From Mobula hypostoma (taxonomy: Eukaryota), in the NCBI RefSeq assembly GCF_963921235.1, contig NC_086108.1, forward strand, positions 70,062,001-70,122,000: DNA of 60,000 bases. Direction: 5' to 3'. The stretch's first letter is position 1. Each line of letters begins with the position of its first letter. The position numbers and the translations under genes are program-made. This document shows positions 12,371 to 25,760 of the stretch, in pieces. The notes under the pieces were generated by a model. The model saw nothing but the letters and a program-made list of their open reading frames with translations, was not told the origin of the DNA and ran no database searches.

Positions 12371-13327
12371 CCTAACCCCTATTGACATCAATGGATCTGG
12401 GGTTGAGAGGGTGAACAGTTTTAAGTTCCTCGGCATAAACATCACTGAGGACATCACGTGTTCTGTACACATCAGCTGTGTGGTGAAAAAGGCACAACAG
12501 CGCCTCTTTCACCTCAGACACTTGAGGAAGTTTGGTATGGGCCCCCAGATGGAAGATGGAGGGGAACCAAGTTGCTTCTCAGGCAGGAGTTAATGTTTCA
12601 TCACTATCCTCTCAAAACACTTCATCACTGTAGATGTAAATGCGACCCGATGACAGTCATTGAGGCAGCTTACCTTATTCTTCTGAAGGACTGGCATAAT
12701 CAAAGCCAGCTCGAAGCAGCTGGGTATCCCACTGCCAAAGTAAGAGGTTTAAAGAAATCAGTGAACACTCCAGTCAATTGATCATTAAAGGTGTTTAGTA
12801 GTCGGCCAAGGGACCAGGGGTAGAGAGGATTAGCAACTTTAAATTCCTCAGCATTACCATGTCAGAGGATCTGTCCTGGATCCATCATGTAAATATCAAA
12901 ATAAAGGAACAACAGAGCCTCTACTTCATTAGAAGTTGTGATGATTCAGCAAGTCATTTAAAACTTCGACAGGACTCACACCACCATGATCAAGAACAGT
13001 TATTACCGCTCAACCATCAGGCTCTTGAACCTGAAGGGATAACTTCATTCACCCTATCACTGAACTGTTCCTAAACCAATGCACTCACTTTCCAGGACTC
13101 TTCGTCTCATGTTCTTGATAATTATTGGGCATTTATTATTGTTATTTTGTTTGCTTTTTTCTTCTTTTTGTATTTGTAGTTTGTTGTCTTTTGCACACTG
13201 TTGTTTGTCCAGCTTGTTGTGTATGGGTTTTCATTGATTCTATTGTGTTTTGTGTTAATGCCCGCAAAAAATGAATCTCAGGGTGATACAAGCACTTTGA
13301 TAATAAATTTACTTTGAACTTTGAACT
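12371..13327. mobile_element. Cluster of Rex1/Babar fragments in alternating orientation
   Basis: 12371-12550(+) FKFLGINIT..KKAQQRLFHLR; ~12550-12810(-) LNDCHRVAFTST; ~12815-13327(+) 3' end with (tttgaac) tail. Confidence 0.75.
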
Positions 13328-14038
13328 TGATTCCATTGTACATCTAATACATTGCCAACCTGATCAACTCCTTTCGTCCTCTGAATTTCTGTCTTTGTCT
13401 CTTAAAATCTTCCTTCCTCCTTTTTGTGGTGGCGGAATCTCCAGATATCTCATGCTAGCTCGCTATAATTTCCCTAAAATTTTCTAACTCTTTCCCATTA
13501 AAAACTTCTCAAAATGCCACTAAAATTTAATATTGTACTCTTCTGTTCCGAATCTCCTTCCTGAGATAGAACTTACTTCCTCATTTATTTCAATTTTGTG
13601 AAACAACCTGCAGCAGTTTTTTTTAGGTCAAAGCAGAGCTAAACACTAGTTGATGTTGCTTGTGCTAATCTGGTGAGTGCAGATGCAGAAAAATAAACTG
13701 GATTACTGCATTGATGGGAATTAGGTGTCTTTTAGGTCACATGAATCTGCAGAGTGAGATTATGAAAAGGTTCACATAATAGATCAAAGAGGACAATTAA
13801 ATCCACGATAAATTTCTATAACATATCCCAAAATTGTCATACTAAGTCACATAGCAGAGATGTCATTAGTCAAAAATGGAAGCATTTACATTCAAGGCCA
13901 AGAGAGCTGATAAGATATATTCTTAGGTTCATATTAAAATATTAAAAATGAAGACTAATTATTTCCAAAGAGAAGTAAATGTTGCTGCTGAGAAAAAGGT
14001 GCATGTTTAGCACTCTCTACAACAATCCGTTGATATGC

Positions 14039-14275
14039 ATAGAAACATAGAAAATAGGTGCAGGAGTAGGCCATTCAGTCCTTCGAGCCTGCACCGCCAT
14101 TCAGTATGATCATGGCTGATCATCCAACTCAGAACCCTGTACCTGCCTTCTCTCCATACCCCCGATCCCTTTAGCCACAAGGGCCATATCTAACTTCCTC
14201 TTAAATATAGCTAATGAACTGGCCTCAACTGTTTCCTGTGGCAGAGAATTCCACAGATTCACCACTCTCTGTGTG
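14039..14275 (-). mobile_element. CR1 3' end (same young subfamily as 43734-45831)
   Basis: TQRVVNLWNSLPQETVEASSL; (ttctatgt)n tail. Confidence 0.9.
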
Positions 14276-14315
14276 CACATAATCACCTGAGTATTCAATA
14301 TGAAATAAAAAACTA

Positions 14316-14828
14316 CACAATGGCCACTTTATTAGGTACCTCCAGTACATTTGTAGTCCCCTCTGCTTTAGCCCATCCACTTCAAGGTTCAACAGGTTGT
14401 GTGTTCGACAAGTTGTACTGCATTGTTATATATAATAATTATTATATTACCTTCCCCTCAGCTTGAACCAGTTGACCATTCTCCACTAACCTTTGTCATT
14501 AACAAGGCATTTTTGCCCACAGAACTGCCATCACTAGATTTTTCATTTGTTTGTTTTTGTACCATTCTCTGTAAACTCTAGAGACTGTTGTGCACAAAAA
14601 TCCCAGGATAAATCCCAGTTACTGAGATACTCAAACCACCGTGTCTGGCACCAAGAATCATTCCACAGTCAGAGTCAGTTAGGTCATATTTCTTCCCCAT
14701 TCTGATGTTTACTCTGAACAACTGAACCTCTTGACCATGTCTGCATGCTTTTTATGCAATGAGTTGCTGCCAAATGATTGGCTGACTTAATGAGGTGTAC
14801 CTGTACCTAATAAAGTGGCCACTGAGTG
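14316..14828. mobile_element. Tc1-type non-autonomous DNA transposon
   Basis: TIRs cacaatggccactttattaggtac / gtacctaataaagtggccactgagtg flanked by TA. Confidence 0.85.
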
Positions 14829-15627
14829 TATTTATTCTTTGACCTTATAATGTACATTTTTGTGAATAGTGTGTTCACTATAATGAGGATATTCATGCTA
14901 AGAAATATATATTTCTATTTTAGGCTCAATAGAATGCACCCCAGGCAGATGTGGTATAATTTCCCAGCTCTCTGTAGTAATAGTTATACACTGGGGAACA
15001 GGTTCATTGAGTACATTTGGTCTTTACCATCTGGAGTTGGACTGATAGAGACCAACCCCAGCTTTTAAGACAGAATCATGCATAATTATTCCTCCCCTGT
15101 TCTGTGGTAACAGACCACTTTAAACTATATGGTGCAGGAGGTTTAATCTGTACAAAGTGATGAACTTGGCAAGACTGAAATAATTCAAACGGCAACATCC
15201 AACAATACCAAATTATCTTTTAAGGTTATCGCCGCCGGCTTAATTGGAACTTACCACTTTATTATTGTGAACCTACTGAGCAAGACAACAATGCCTCAGA
15301 TCGAAGATACTGAAATATTTTAGTTCCTCTGGTATATAATTTATACATCTTAGATTTAAATATCATTACACAGTTACTGCAGTTACTGGTACTGCAGAAT
15401 GCTCTATTTTGTACTCTGTGTGCGATATTAAGGCATGATTACACTAAGTGAATAAATAGCTGGAGTTGGAAACTTATCCAGGTATAAAATATATGGATCC
15501 CCAGTTATTCTACAAACTGCCTTCTTTCTGCTTGCTCGAGCCATGGCCCTGTTGGCACAACCTGCCTTGACTCAATCAATGCTTTACAAACTGTAGGCAT
15601 TGTCGCAATCTTGAGGCCAACAAATCC

Positions 15628-15965
15628 CATTAGACCAGAAGACATTGGAGCAGAATTAGACCATTTGGCCCATCGAGTCTGCTCTACCATTCCATCATGG
15701 CTTATTTATTACCCCCTCAACCCCATTCTCCTGCCTTCTCCCCATAACCTTTGACACCCTGACTAATCAACCCCTGCTTTACATTTACTCAATGAGTTAG
15801 CATCCACCACCATCAGTGACAATGAGTTCCACAGATTCACCACCCTCTGGCAAAAGAAATTCTTCCTCATCTCTGTTCTAAAGAGACATCCTTCTAATCT
15901 AAGATGGTGCTCTCTAATTGTAGACTCACCCACTATAGGAAACCTCCTCTCCACAAAAACATCCC
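15628..15965 (-). mobile_element. CR1 3' end
   Basis: FRTEMRKNFFCQRVVNLWNSL and CR1 tail. Confidence 0.85.
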
Positions 15966-16804
15966 AGAACAATGTATCTTTCTGTGTAATATTTAAACAT
16001 CTTTAAGACAAATGCAATGGTGTGTTAATCACTTGAGCTAAAGACATCCATAATATCTGAGCATCTAGTTTCTTTCATTGATGTTGTAATGTTTTGTGAC
16101 ATTTTCAGGTTGAAAAGTAGACCAGTTGAATGATGATACCCATCTAGGATGCTTCATGCACTGTTTAATCACAACTAAAAGTGTTCCTGCTATCAAATGC
16201 AGTTTACTGAGATGGGAATCTATGAAGAAAGGTGATATATGCAGTTCTGCAAACTGTTGTGCTCAACACATAGCTGTGAATTAAAAATACTTTTTATTTA
16301 TTCATTTTCCATGACCTGGACATCAAGTTCAGTATGTATTTTCCTTATAAATTACCCTTGATAATTCCTTCTTAAACCACTGCTGACCCTCTGTAGTTAA
16401 AATGCCAGTGGGTGGGGATTTAGACTCAGAGTAGGGTGCAACTTGAAGGGGGAAATCTCTAGTGATGCAGTTCCCCTATGCCTGCTGCATTTATGGGAAA
16501 AGTTGTGGATTTGGAAGGTGCTCTGGGAGCAGCCTAGATATAATATTGCAATGCATTTTGTTGTGATATTCTTGAAAGCTAGGGCAAATCAGGTTCTGGA
16601 AATTCCTCATAGAACAAGAAACAGAAATGTATTTTGCCATGAAAACAGGAATGATGGAAACACTTGGGCACTGTGGAAAGAGAAATAGTTCATGTTTCAG
16701 ATCAAGGACTCTGCACTGGCACTAAGGAAACTAATTACTACTATAAGTAGCATAAAAGATGCAGGAGGGTATAGGTGGGACAAATAAAGTTTAAGTTAAA
16801 GGGC

Positions 16805-17318
16805 TGTTAAAATCAGATTAAGTTTTTCTGCGCATGTACTATATTCTAATGATGAGACTGTGGGCCATGCCCATAAACATCCAGAGTTTCACACACATGT
16901 AGGAGACATGTACAGTACCTGTTTTCTGTCTGCATTGTATTCTGTGTTGCATGCTTATTAAGGTTACTAGTTATGTGGGTGCGGGTGTGGTAAAAGTGAA
17001 GGGTTTACTTATGTATTCATGCTTTGCTCTGGGCAGTTTAGAACTGGGGACCGCTGGGTATCATAGCTTTTGTTAACCGTTTAATTTTGCTTAATTACAT
17101 TTGAAATTGCTTAATTCCACTTAAGCCTGCTTAAGTACATTTAATATCACAAGTTTTAATTTCATGAGTTACATCGCTTCAAGATTGTATGTTTTGCTAG
17201 TTGTTAATAAAGGATCGAATACACTTGTTCGACTCTTTGAACATTATTATTGGACTGATCAGAGGGTGCATCATACAGAATAACTTCCTGTGCTTGGTCT
17301 CTAGCAGCCACTACAACA
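16805..17318 (+). mobile_element. Candidate solo LTR
   Basis: TGTT...AACA termini, AATAAA about 110 bp from the end; no TSD visible (a PLE abuts the right end). Confidence 0.4.
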
Positions 17319-17890
17319 CATAAAATGCTGAAGGAACTCAGCAGGTCAGGCAGTATCTATGGAAAGGAATTTAAAAGTTGACTTTTTGGGCTGAGACCCT
17401 TCATCGGGACTGAAAAGGAAGAGGGAATCATCCACAATAAAAGGCGGAGGGAGGGAAAGGAGTACAAGCTGGCAGGTGATATGCAAAGCCAGGTGACGGG
17501 CAAGGTAGGCAGGTGGGGAAGGAGAGGATAAACTGAGAAACTGGGAGGTGATAGGTGGAAAAGGTAAAGAGCTAAAAAAGAAAGAATCTGATAGAAGAGC
17601 AAGAGAAAAGGAAGGGAGAAAAGCACCAGAGGGATGTGAAATGCAGGCAAGGAGAGGAGAAGTAGTAAGAGGGGAGCCAGAATGGGGAATAGAAAAAGGA
17701 GGAGAGCGAAGAGTTTAGAAATTATGGGAAATTAGAGAAATTGATGCCCCATGTGTCCCATGGTTGTAGGCTACCAGGTTGGAATATAAGGTATTGCTCC
17801 TCCAACCGGAGAGTGGCCCCATTGTGGCAACAGAGCAGGTCATGATGGAATGGGAATAGGATGTGGAATTAAAATGGTTGGCCAGCAGGA
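17314..17890 (-). mobile_element. PLE 3' fragment with mutated hammerhead
   Basis: Colinear with 1248-1870; the core reads ccgatga...aaaaagtc on the minus strand. Confidence 0.85.
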
Positions 17891-17948
17891 ATTACCAGCA
17901 GAGTAGAAATTCAAAAGAAAAAGGAACAATGAAGGAAGAAAGCAGTAT

Positions 17949-18497
17949 CTTCAATGTGCTCGTCCATTGTCAATGTCGGTAAGGACCTCAATACAATTAT
18001 TATGGTGTCGAGACTAGCGCGTGATTTGGATTTAAGTGAGAAAGATTTGCGCAGCGTCAGCCTCACTCTCTCTTCCCAATTCCATCTGGATCCAGTGGCA
18101 AGACAAGAGTCGAGACGGCTGGAGATGGGACTAGGCGCAGTGGATGACCAGGACGTCTTCTGTGTCTTGTCCTGCTCTACACATTCCACGACGCTTGCAG
18201 AGACTGCCTTCTTGACTGTTGGACCTTCCATTGGTCTTGTCCGCTCAATCCGCTGGAGTCTGTCTTCACACGCTGGGATAGACAACTCCCTATCTCACCG
18301 AGGGTTTGAGACCCGTCGGCTACCCTCACCTGGTTTACCTGGTTTGTCGAAGCCGTTGCCCGGGGTGTGGCCGCTGTCGTATGCAAACAGCTACAGGTGA
18401 GAGCTGAGTGCCAGGTGGGGACCAAAGGTGGACTAACCGCCTTGAAAAGGACGCGACATGTTCCCCCACCAGAGGTGCTACCCCTCCCTGACACCCC
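17949..18497 (-). mobile_element. Non-coding RTE-derived short element with HDV-like head
   Basis: Minus strand starts ggggtgtcagggaggggtagcacctctggtg; contains ctcacctg, ggccacaccccgg and caggtgag; homologous to 19468-19867. Confidence 0.75.
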
Positions 18498-18994
18498 ATA
18501 TACCCAATACCTTCAACAGAGTGAATGGGAAGTGCAGGTTCTATTGGTAGAATCACTTTGGAGCTGGTGGAAATTTCAATGGATGATCCATTAACTGTTG
18601 GTGTGGAAGGCAAGGATCAGGGAAACTGTTTTAGTTTTGTCCAGGAGAAGGGGTGGTCCTGCTCATTGTTTCCCATATTTTCTGTTTTTATTTCTGATTT
18701 CTGGCACTTTCAGTTTATTTTTAATTCTCACCATGCTTATGTTGACAGCATAAGTACACTCAATCCTCCCAATACGTACTTATGCCATGTCAGTGAAGTC
18801 AGTGAAGTTAGGGTCTGCAAAGAGGAATCTTTATTTTGTATCTGAGTTATACCTGATGCTAACATGGTGAGTCTGAAGAGCAGAGTTATTCAATTAAAAA
18901 CACTAAAATTGTAAGTTAAACCACTTTAGCAAACATCAATTTAACTCTTCCCCCCCCACCCCGACACACGTACACATAATTAGCTGGGGTGCCA

Positions 18995-19282
18995 TGGCAG
19001 CACAGTGGTCAGCGCAATGCTATTACAGCTCAGGGTGTCAGAGTTCAGGTTTCAATTCCAACGTCATCTATAAGGGTTCTGTACGTCCTCCCCGTGAACG
19101 TGCTCGTTTCCTCCAGGTGCTCCAGTTTCATCCCACAGTCCAAAGACACACCAGTTAGTAGATTAATTGATCATTGTAAATTGTCCTGTGATCAGGCTAG
19201 GGTTAAATCGTGAGTCGCTGGTGATGCAGCTCGAAGGGCTGGAAGAGCCTATTCTGTGCTGTTTCTCTGAATAAAATAAAAT
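18995..19282 (+). mobile_element. tRNA-derived V-SINE (HE1-like)
   Basis: tRNA-like head, V-domain gtttcctccaggtgctccagtttcatcccacagtccaaagac, CR1-like tail ending in aataaaataaaa. Confidence 0.85.
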
Positions 19283-19467
19283 GAATGTTATCAAATTTAC
19301 ACAGGGCTTAATTAAACTGTGCCTTTGTTAGATATCATGCTGTCAGCTGCGATGTTGCCTCAGTTTTCCATTCATTTTAATACAGGAAATCAAAGAGAGG
19401 TGTGTTCTGCATTGTGCCAAGGTATACTGGATTAGAGCTGCTTACTTTACGGTGGGGGGGGTTTTGT

Positions 19468-19867
19468 GGGGTCCAGGGAGGGGTAGCACCTCTGGTGAAG
19501 GGACTTGGCGTGTCCATTCTGGGGCAGCTTACTCCCAGTTGGTCCCCACCGGACACTCAGTTCTCACTTGTGATTCCAAGTAGCTGTTTGTATGCGACAG
19601 TGGCCACACCCCGGTACACTGCTTTGACAGGTGGGCTAAACCAGGTGAGGGTACCCAGCAGGTTCTGCAACACTTCAGGAGAACAAAGAGCAGGACAAAA
19701 CACAGATAGTCATCCACTGCAACCAAGGAAGACTCCAGCTGTGGTGACTATATGCCCTACTGGTGGCGGACTTCCAACGCCCAGCGAGTGGAACTGCCCC
19801 AGCGCACTTTAAAAATTTGCCCACACAGGTTTCCTGTCATCGTTGGATATGGTGGACTACCACCACC
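19468..19867 (+). mobile_element. Non-coding RTE-derived short element with HDV-like head and (cca)n tail
   Basis: ggggtccagggaggggtagcacctctggtg...ggccacaccccgg...ggctaaaccaggtgag; tail ctaccaccacc. Confidence 0.75.
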
Positions 19868-21429
19868 AATCACCATAACTTTACAAAAGAATATTATGAG
19901 GTGTAGCTCATATACTGCATTCGTTGAGTTGTGCTATGCTGTGCTGCACTGCAATGGCTCTAGTTTCTGAATTGAAAACCTGAAATGAAGTAAGAATAAT
20001 ACAAATCAGGGGAAATATGTTTTTGTTAGAATGGGAAAACAACAAAGTTGTAAGCACAAAAAGCTAATGGATTGTGTGGGTTGAAGGGCCCATGTTGTTT
20101 TGTTTTATGATTCTAAAAAGGGCAAAAATACAAAGAAGAGGCACATTGTGTCAGAATGGTGAAGCCCAATTACACTGAAATATAACAGTCTCAGAGGCAC
20201 ACGAAGGTGATGATGAAGGAAGAAGTGTTTGTTGAATGCTTGAAGAGTGGTGCACAGAGAGAACTTCGCGGTGGTCTGCCTTCATTGACCAAGCTTACTT
20301 GGGCAGATAGGTTCGGATTCTGCAAAAGGTTTCCTCTAGCTCATTCTAGGATTGATGTAGATGCCAGGTTTGCCTATCAATGCATTAAACCTAACAGGAC
20401 AGCTCTGGAAGTTGTGTAAGATGTAGTGCTGATATGAAAGTACTTGGCAAAGCTGAAAATAATCAAACATGAATAATAATAATCAAACCAAGACTGACGC
20501 TTCAGCAGTTGAGTGCCGTCACTGTATATTATTATTAATTAATGCACCAGAACATCAGCTGGATCAGCAACATGTATCTAAAGTCCTTGAAGACTTTTGT
20601 GAATCTAAAGCACTTATTGCTGTCCCACAATAATGTCAGCAATCAATATCCTGTGACCTCCTAAACAAGCACTTGAATAAAGACTCAGAAGATTTACCTG
20701 GCATTAACACTCACAAACACTATGGGTTGTGCTTAATGATATTTGCACAACACATAAACATCAAAAATAGAAATAAAATAATTCTACTGCAAATATAATA
20801 AACTGCAATCAATTCATCATAGAAATAACCATTGTCCTCAGGAAGTATCAATTACCTTCTGAAGCCATATCGCTAAACTCAGCTTTCACTTGTATTATTT
20901 TGCAAGGTGCCTTTCAAAGTCTATTTCAGTAAATATGTGGCATTATACCCAGAGGCTGGGCGTCTGCTTGTAAGTGATCTTTCCATGTGGTAGATGAATA
21001 AAAACGTACAAATTACAGGACCATCACTGGGAAGGAGGAGGAAATGTTGGAAATACAGAGGCAATGACAAATAAAGCAGAATTCAGGGAACAAGAATCAG
21101 TTAAAAATTGAATGCCCAATGGTACTGAAAGCATTTCAGGGCTGAGCAGAAGGAATAACAATTAACTTTATATGCAGCCACAAAGAATGCTACTGGATTA
21201 TTTGAAGAGCTTAGTCACAGGGTTAAGGACAAAACCTCACTTGATTTTTATAAATTTTTCTTTTTTTCCCTGGTCTGTTCAGATCACTTAACAACTGTGG
21301 TCAAGATGACCTCCTCCCAGTTATTTACCAACTGTACTCTTCAATGAGTCACAGCTTGCATATGAATACAGTAGTAACAGAATTTAGAAGCTCCGATTGG
21401 AACAACAACAGTGATGATCTGGGAGTATA

Positions 21430-21720
21430 AGAGTACAGAACATCAGAAATAGAAGGAAAAATAGACCATGTGACCATTCATGCTGATCTTTATCTTATCA
21501 CTGCTTTATTGCATGAGCCACATGTCCCTAGAATACAATAATATCTGGAATCTATCCATCTGTGTTTTGAATATAACCAACAATTGAGCTTCCAAAACCC
21601 TCTCTGGGAGAGAATTTTTATTTTCATCTGAATTCTGAATATTGAGACTGTGACTTCCAGTTCTTGACGATCATCAAAGCCATTACTCTGTACGCCCAGT
21701 TAAGAATTTTGTATGTTTCA
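21430..21720 (-). mobile_element. Highly decayed CR1 3' end
   Basis: Residual similarity to the CR1 tail (gaacatcagaaatag..., ctctctgggagagaatt). Confidence 0.5.
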
Positions 21721-23581
21721 GCATACTGTAATGAAAATACAAAGAATTCAAAATTGAAGTAATTAAATCAAAGGAAAGGAAGATTAGATTAAGGAAAAAA
21801 TGAATTTTATAAAACTGTTCCTTGACCTTTTTTAAAAAAGTCTCAAACAACAATTAAAACCTTTATTACAGGTCTCAATACTCAAAACTTAAATCTCAAT
21901 GGTAAAACTCATAGTAATAATTAGTGCAAAGCACATTGTTAAAAGATATACTTAAGTGTTGTTGAGAGTATGACTAAAGTGGATAAGACTTCCGATGAGA
22001 AGCCTAGTTCATATTTGCAAAATTATCACAGCACCTTCACAGTATTCAGTTCATTTCAATGGTGAGCTCGCAAAAAGATGCCATCTTCATGAATTTAATA
22101 ATGCAATAAGTTGTTGGAGAAAAGCTCATCATTTTATATTATGTCGTAACCTTTCAAAATTGATTCACTGTTTTCCAATTTTACTTTTCATCAACTAAAA
22201 ATTAATCAGTGTGTGAGTTAAAAGAAATCTAAATTAAAGGGAAAATGTCTTTTAAAGGTGTCTTGACGACAACTCATCTGATTGAATAACATCAGGTTTC
22301 TGTGGCATCATTGCCCCAGCCAGAACACTTCCAAAGATCATTCTGGAGAGCAAACCTTCCTCCAAATTGTTATTTACTTCCACAGCCATCAGGACTTTCC
22401 ACAACATTCTCCACTTCCTCTAAGAGGCATGAAATATGATGAACTTAAGGGTTTGTTTCTTTTTACATGAAAGCACTGAAGCCATCTGCAATGTGACTCT
22501 CTCCAGCCTCCAGTTCCCCACCTTCTTGTACTTCATTCCTTTCAACTTCCTCAGTCCTTTTATCGCTTTGCCTCCTTTCCTTAGCATTCATCTCAGTCAC
22601 TGTAGCCAAGGCATAATTGGTTTTCCTAAATCTTTCTCGGTAAGCAGTCAATATCAGACACTGACCTAAGTGCTGGCTGATGTTAACCCTGATTTTGTCC
22701 AGAATTGTTTCTCCCCCTTTATTTTTATCATCAATTAGTTGCATCATCCTTTACAACTTTCAGAAATCTTCCCTCATCCCTAGTCCACTTAACATATTTT
22801 CCCACATTGGTATTTCTATGGCTGAACAAATGCAAGATAAGTCAAATGGGCAGATGCTTTTAAACTAGGAAGAACTAGAGGACTGACAGAAGGAAATTTA
22901 TAAAATATGCAAGATGGGTCAAGAGTAAATAACACTTATACAACAAGAAAAAGTATCACAGCAAAAAGTCACACACATTGTATTGTACATAGTGAGCAGT
23001 TTAAAGAAAGCTGGGGAAGAGGCTGAGACAACTGTTTGTGGAAATGACACTGGACATGCACTGATCATGATCATTATAATCAGAGCCATCAGAAATGTTG
23101 AAGAATATAATGTAAACAACCCAATGCTATTCAGAGGTAATGATGATTAAATTGCTGAGTGCTCTGGACAGACTACATCCTCAGTGCTAACCCCGTCCAA
23201 TTGCTAAGATATAACAGAAATATTCAATCCCTGGACGCACCACAGTGACGAACCATGATCTGATTACTGTTCTGCATTAATAATAATAATAATTACTTTA
23301 TTGATCTCAAGTGGGAAAATATTTTGTTACAGCAGCAATATTTAAAAAACATACTTAGCAGTGTGCAGACTAAACCAATAAGTAATAAAGTACAGAATAA
23401 TAATATACACAATAATCATGTACCAATATACAATAATAAATTTTGAAATATTGAAACAGAGACTATCGCACTGTGATGTGTGTATTACAAGGACATTTTG
23501 ATCTTTCTGCAAAAATAGAGAGGGGTCGTGCAAAGATATGCAACATCAAGGTCTTTAATTAATTCATGAAGTTAACTTTTT

Positions 23582-25760
23582 ATAAGACATAGGAGCAGAA
23601 TTACATCATTTGGTCCATCAAGTCTGCTCTGCCATTTCATCATGGCTAATTTATTTTCCCACTTAACCCCATCCTTTGTCTATCTTGCCTGTTATTTCCT
23701 TAAAGAATTACAACAGATTTGTCAGGGAAGATTTCCCCTTAAGGAAACCATGCTGACTTTAACCTATTTTATCATGTGCCTCCAATTACACTGAAACCTC
23801 ATCCTTAATAAAGGACTCTAACATCTTCCCAACCATTGAAGTCAGGCGAATTAACCTATAATTTCTTTTCTCCTCCCTTCTTAAAGAGTGAAGTGACATT
23901 TGCAATTTTTCAATCCTCAGGAACCATTCCAGAATCTAGTGAATGTTGAAAGATTATTACTAATGCCTCCACAATCTCTCCAGCTGCCTTTTTTAGTACC
24001 TGAGGTATAGTCCATCTAGTCCAGCTGACTTATCTGCCTTCGAACTTTTTCAGCTTTCCAAGCATCTTCTCCTTAGGAATAGCAATGGTTTTCACTTCTG
24101 CCCCCAACACTCTCAAATTTCTGGCATTCCTCTCTTGGGATCCATCACAAGGTTGATTTTCCCAATCTTTCTGCATATTGAAATCCCCCATAACTATCAT
24201 ATTGAAATCCCCCGTGACTATCATAACATTGCCCTTTTTACATGCCTTTTCTGTCAATGTAATAATTTGTATCCCACGTGCTGACTACTGTTTGGATGAC
24301 TGTATATAACGCCCATCAGGGTCTTATTGCAGTCTCTTAACTCTACCCACAAGGATTCTACATCTTCCGCTCCTATGTAACCTCTTTCTAAGGTTTTGAT
24401 TTCAATTTTTTTTAACCAGCAAAATCACACCACCCCCTTTGCCTACCTGCCTGTCATTTTGATACAAAATGAATGTTAAGCTCTCAACTATGATCTTCTT
24501 TCAGCCACAACTCAGTGATGCCCACAATGACAGACCTATCAATCTCTAACTGTGCTACAAGATCATCTACCTCATTCCATATATTGTGTGCATTCAGATA
24601 TAACATCTTCAATCCTTATTCATCATCCTTTTCAATTCTGATCCTATGTTACACTTCACTTCATCGCACTGACAGCAGTACTGACAGCAGTTTTGCCCTA
24701 TCATCTGCCTGACCTTCCTCACAGACTCATTACACACTGCATCTACTTGTATACCAACTGCCCCATCCTCAGTCTTATCACGCTGGTTCCCATCCCCCTG
24801 CCAAAGTGGTTTAAAGTCTCCCCAAGAGCTCTAGCAAACCTGCCCATGAGGATATTGGTCACCCTCGGGTTCAGGTGTAACCCATCTTTTTTGTACAGAT
24901 CATACCTTCCTCCAGAAGAGATCCCAATAATCTAGAAATCTGAAACACTGCTCCCTGCACCCATTCCTCAGTCACATATTCATCTGCCAATTCATCCCGT
25001 TCTTGCCCTCAATGGTACATCGCACAGGCAGCAATCCAGAGATTATTACCCCAGAGGCCCTACTTTTCTGTTTTCTACCCAACTCCTGTATTCTCCCTTC
25101 AGGGCCTCCTCCCTTTTCCTACCTATGTTGTTGTCAGCACCACAACTTCTGACTTCTCAACCTCTCCCTTCAGAATGATGTGCAACTGATCCAAGACATC
25201 CTTGAACCTGGCACCTGGGAGGCAACATACCATCCAGGTCTTTGCCTCTTGTCCACAGAATCTCCTGTCTGCTTCTCTAACTATGGAATCCCCTATCACT
25301 ACTGCCCTCCTCTCCGCCCCCCCACCCCGCTTCTGAGACACAGAGCCAGACTCAGTGCTGGAGATCCAATTGCTAGGGCTTCTCTCTGGCAGGTCGTGCC
25401 CCTCTCAACAGTATCCAAAGCAGTATACTTATTATTGAGGAAAACAGCCACAGGGTTACACTGCACTAGCCGCCTATTCTCTTTCCCTCTCCCAACAGTC
25501 ACCCAAGTACCTTTCTCCTATAATATAGAGGTGATTACCTCTCTGTAGCTTGAATCTATTCCCTCCTCATTCTCCCATATAAGCCAAAGTTCATCCAGCC
25601 GTAGTTCCAGTTCCTTAACCTGGTCTCTGAGGCGCTGAAACTCAATGCACTTCATGTAGATTTAGTCTATCAGGGAAACTGGAGGTCTCCCAGAGTTCCC
25701 ACATCTCACACAAGGAACATACCTCTAACTCTGCATCCATTCTCAGCACACTAGCTATGT
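23582..25760 (-). mobile_element. CR1 LINE with ORF1 (SGNH/GDSL esterase-like) and internally deleted ORF2
   Basis: RAVVIGDSIVREADRRFCG...VCCLPGAR (25123-25341); EN GDFNM; RT fragment; 3' tail near 23582. Confidence 0.88.

Noticed and set aside
18995..19070. tRNA gene
   Set aside because: Degenerate tRNA-like head followed by a V-domain and LINE-like tail, so it is a SINE.
20207..20419. 70-aa ORF and nearby splice-like signals
   Set aside because: No recognisable protein similarity and no consistent exon frame.
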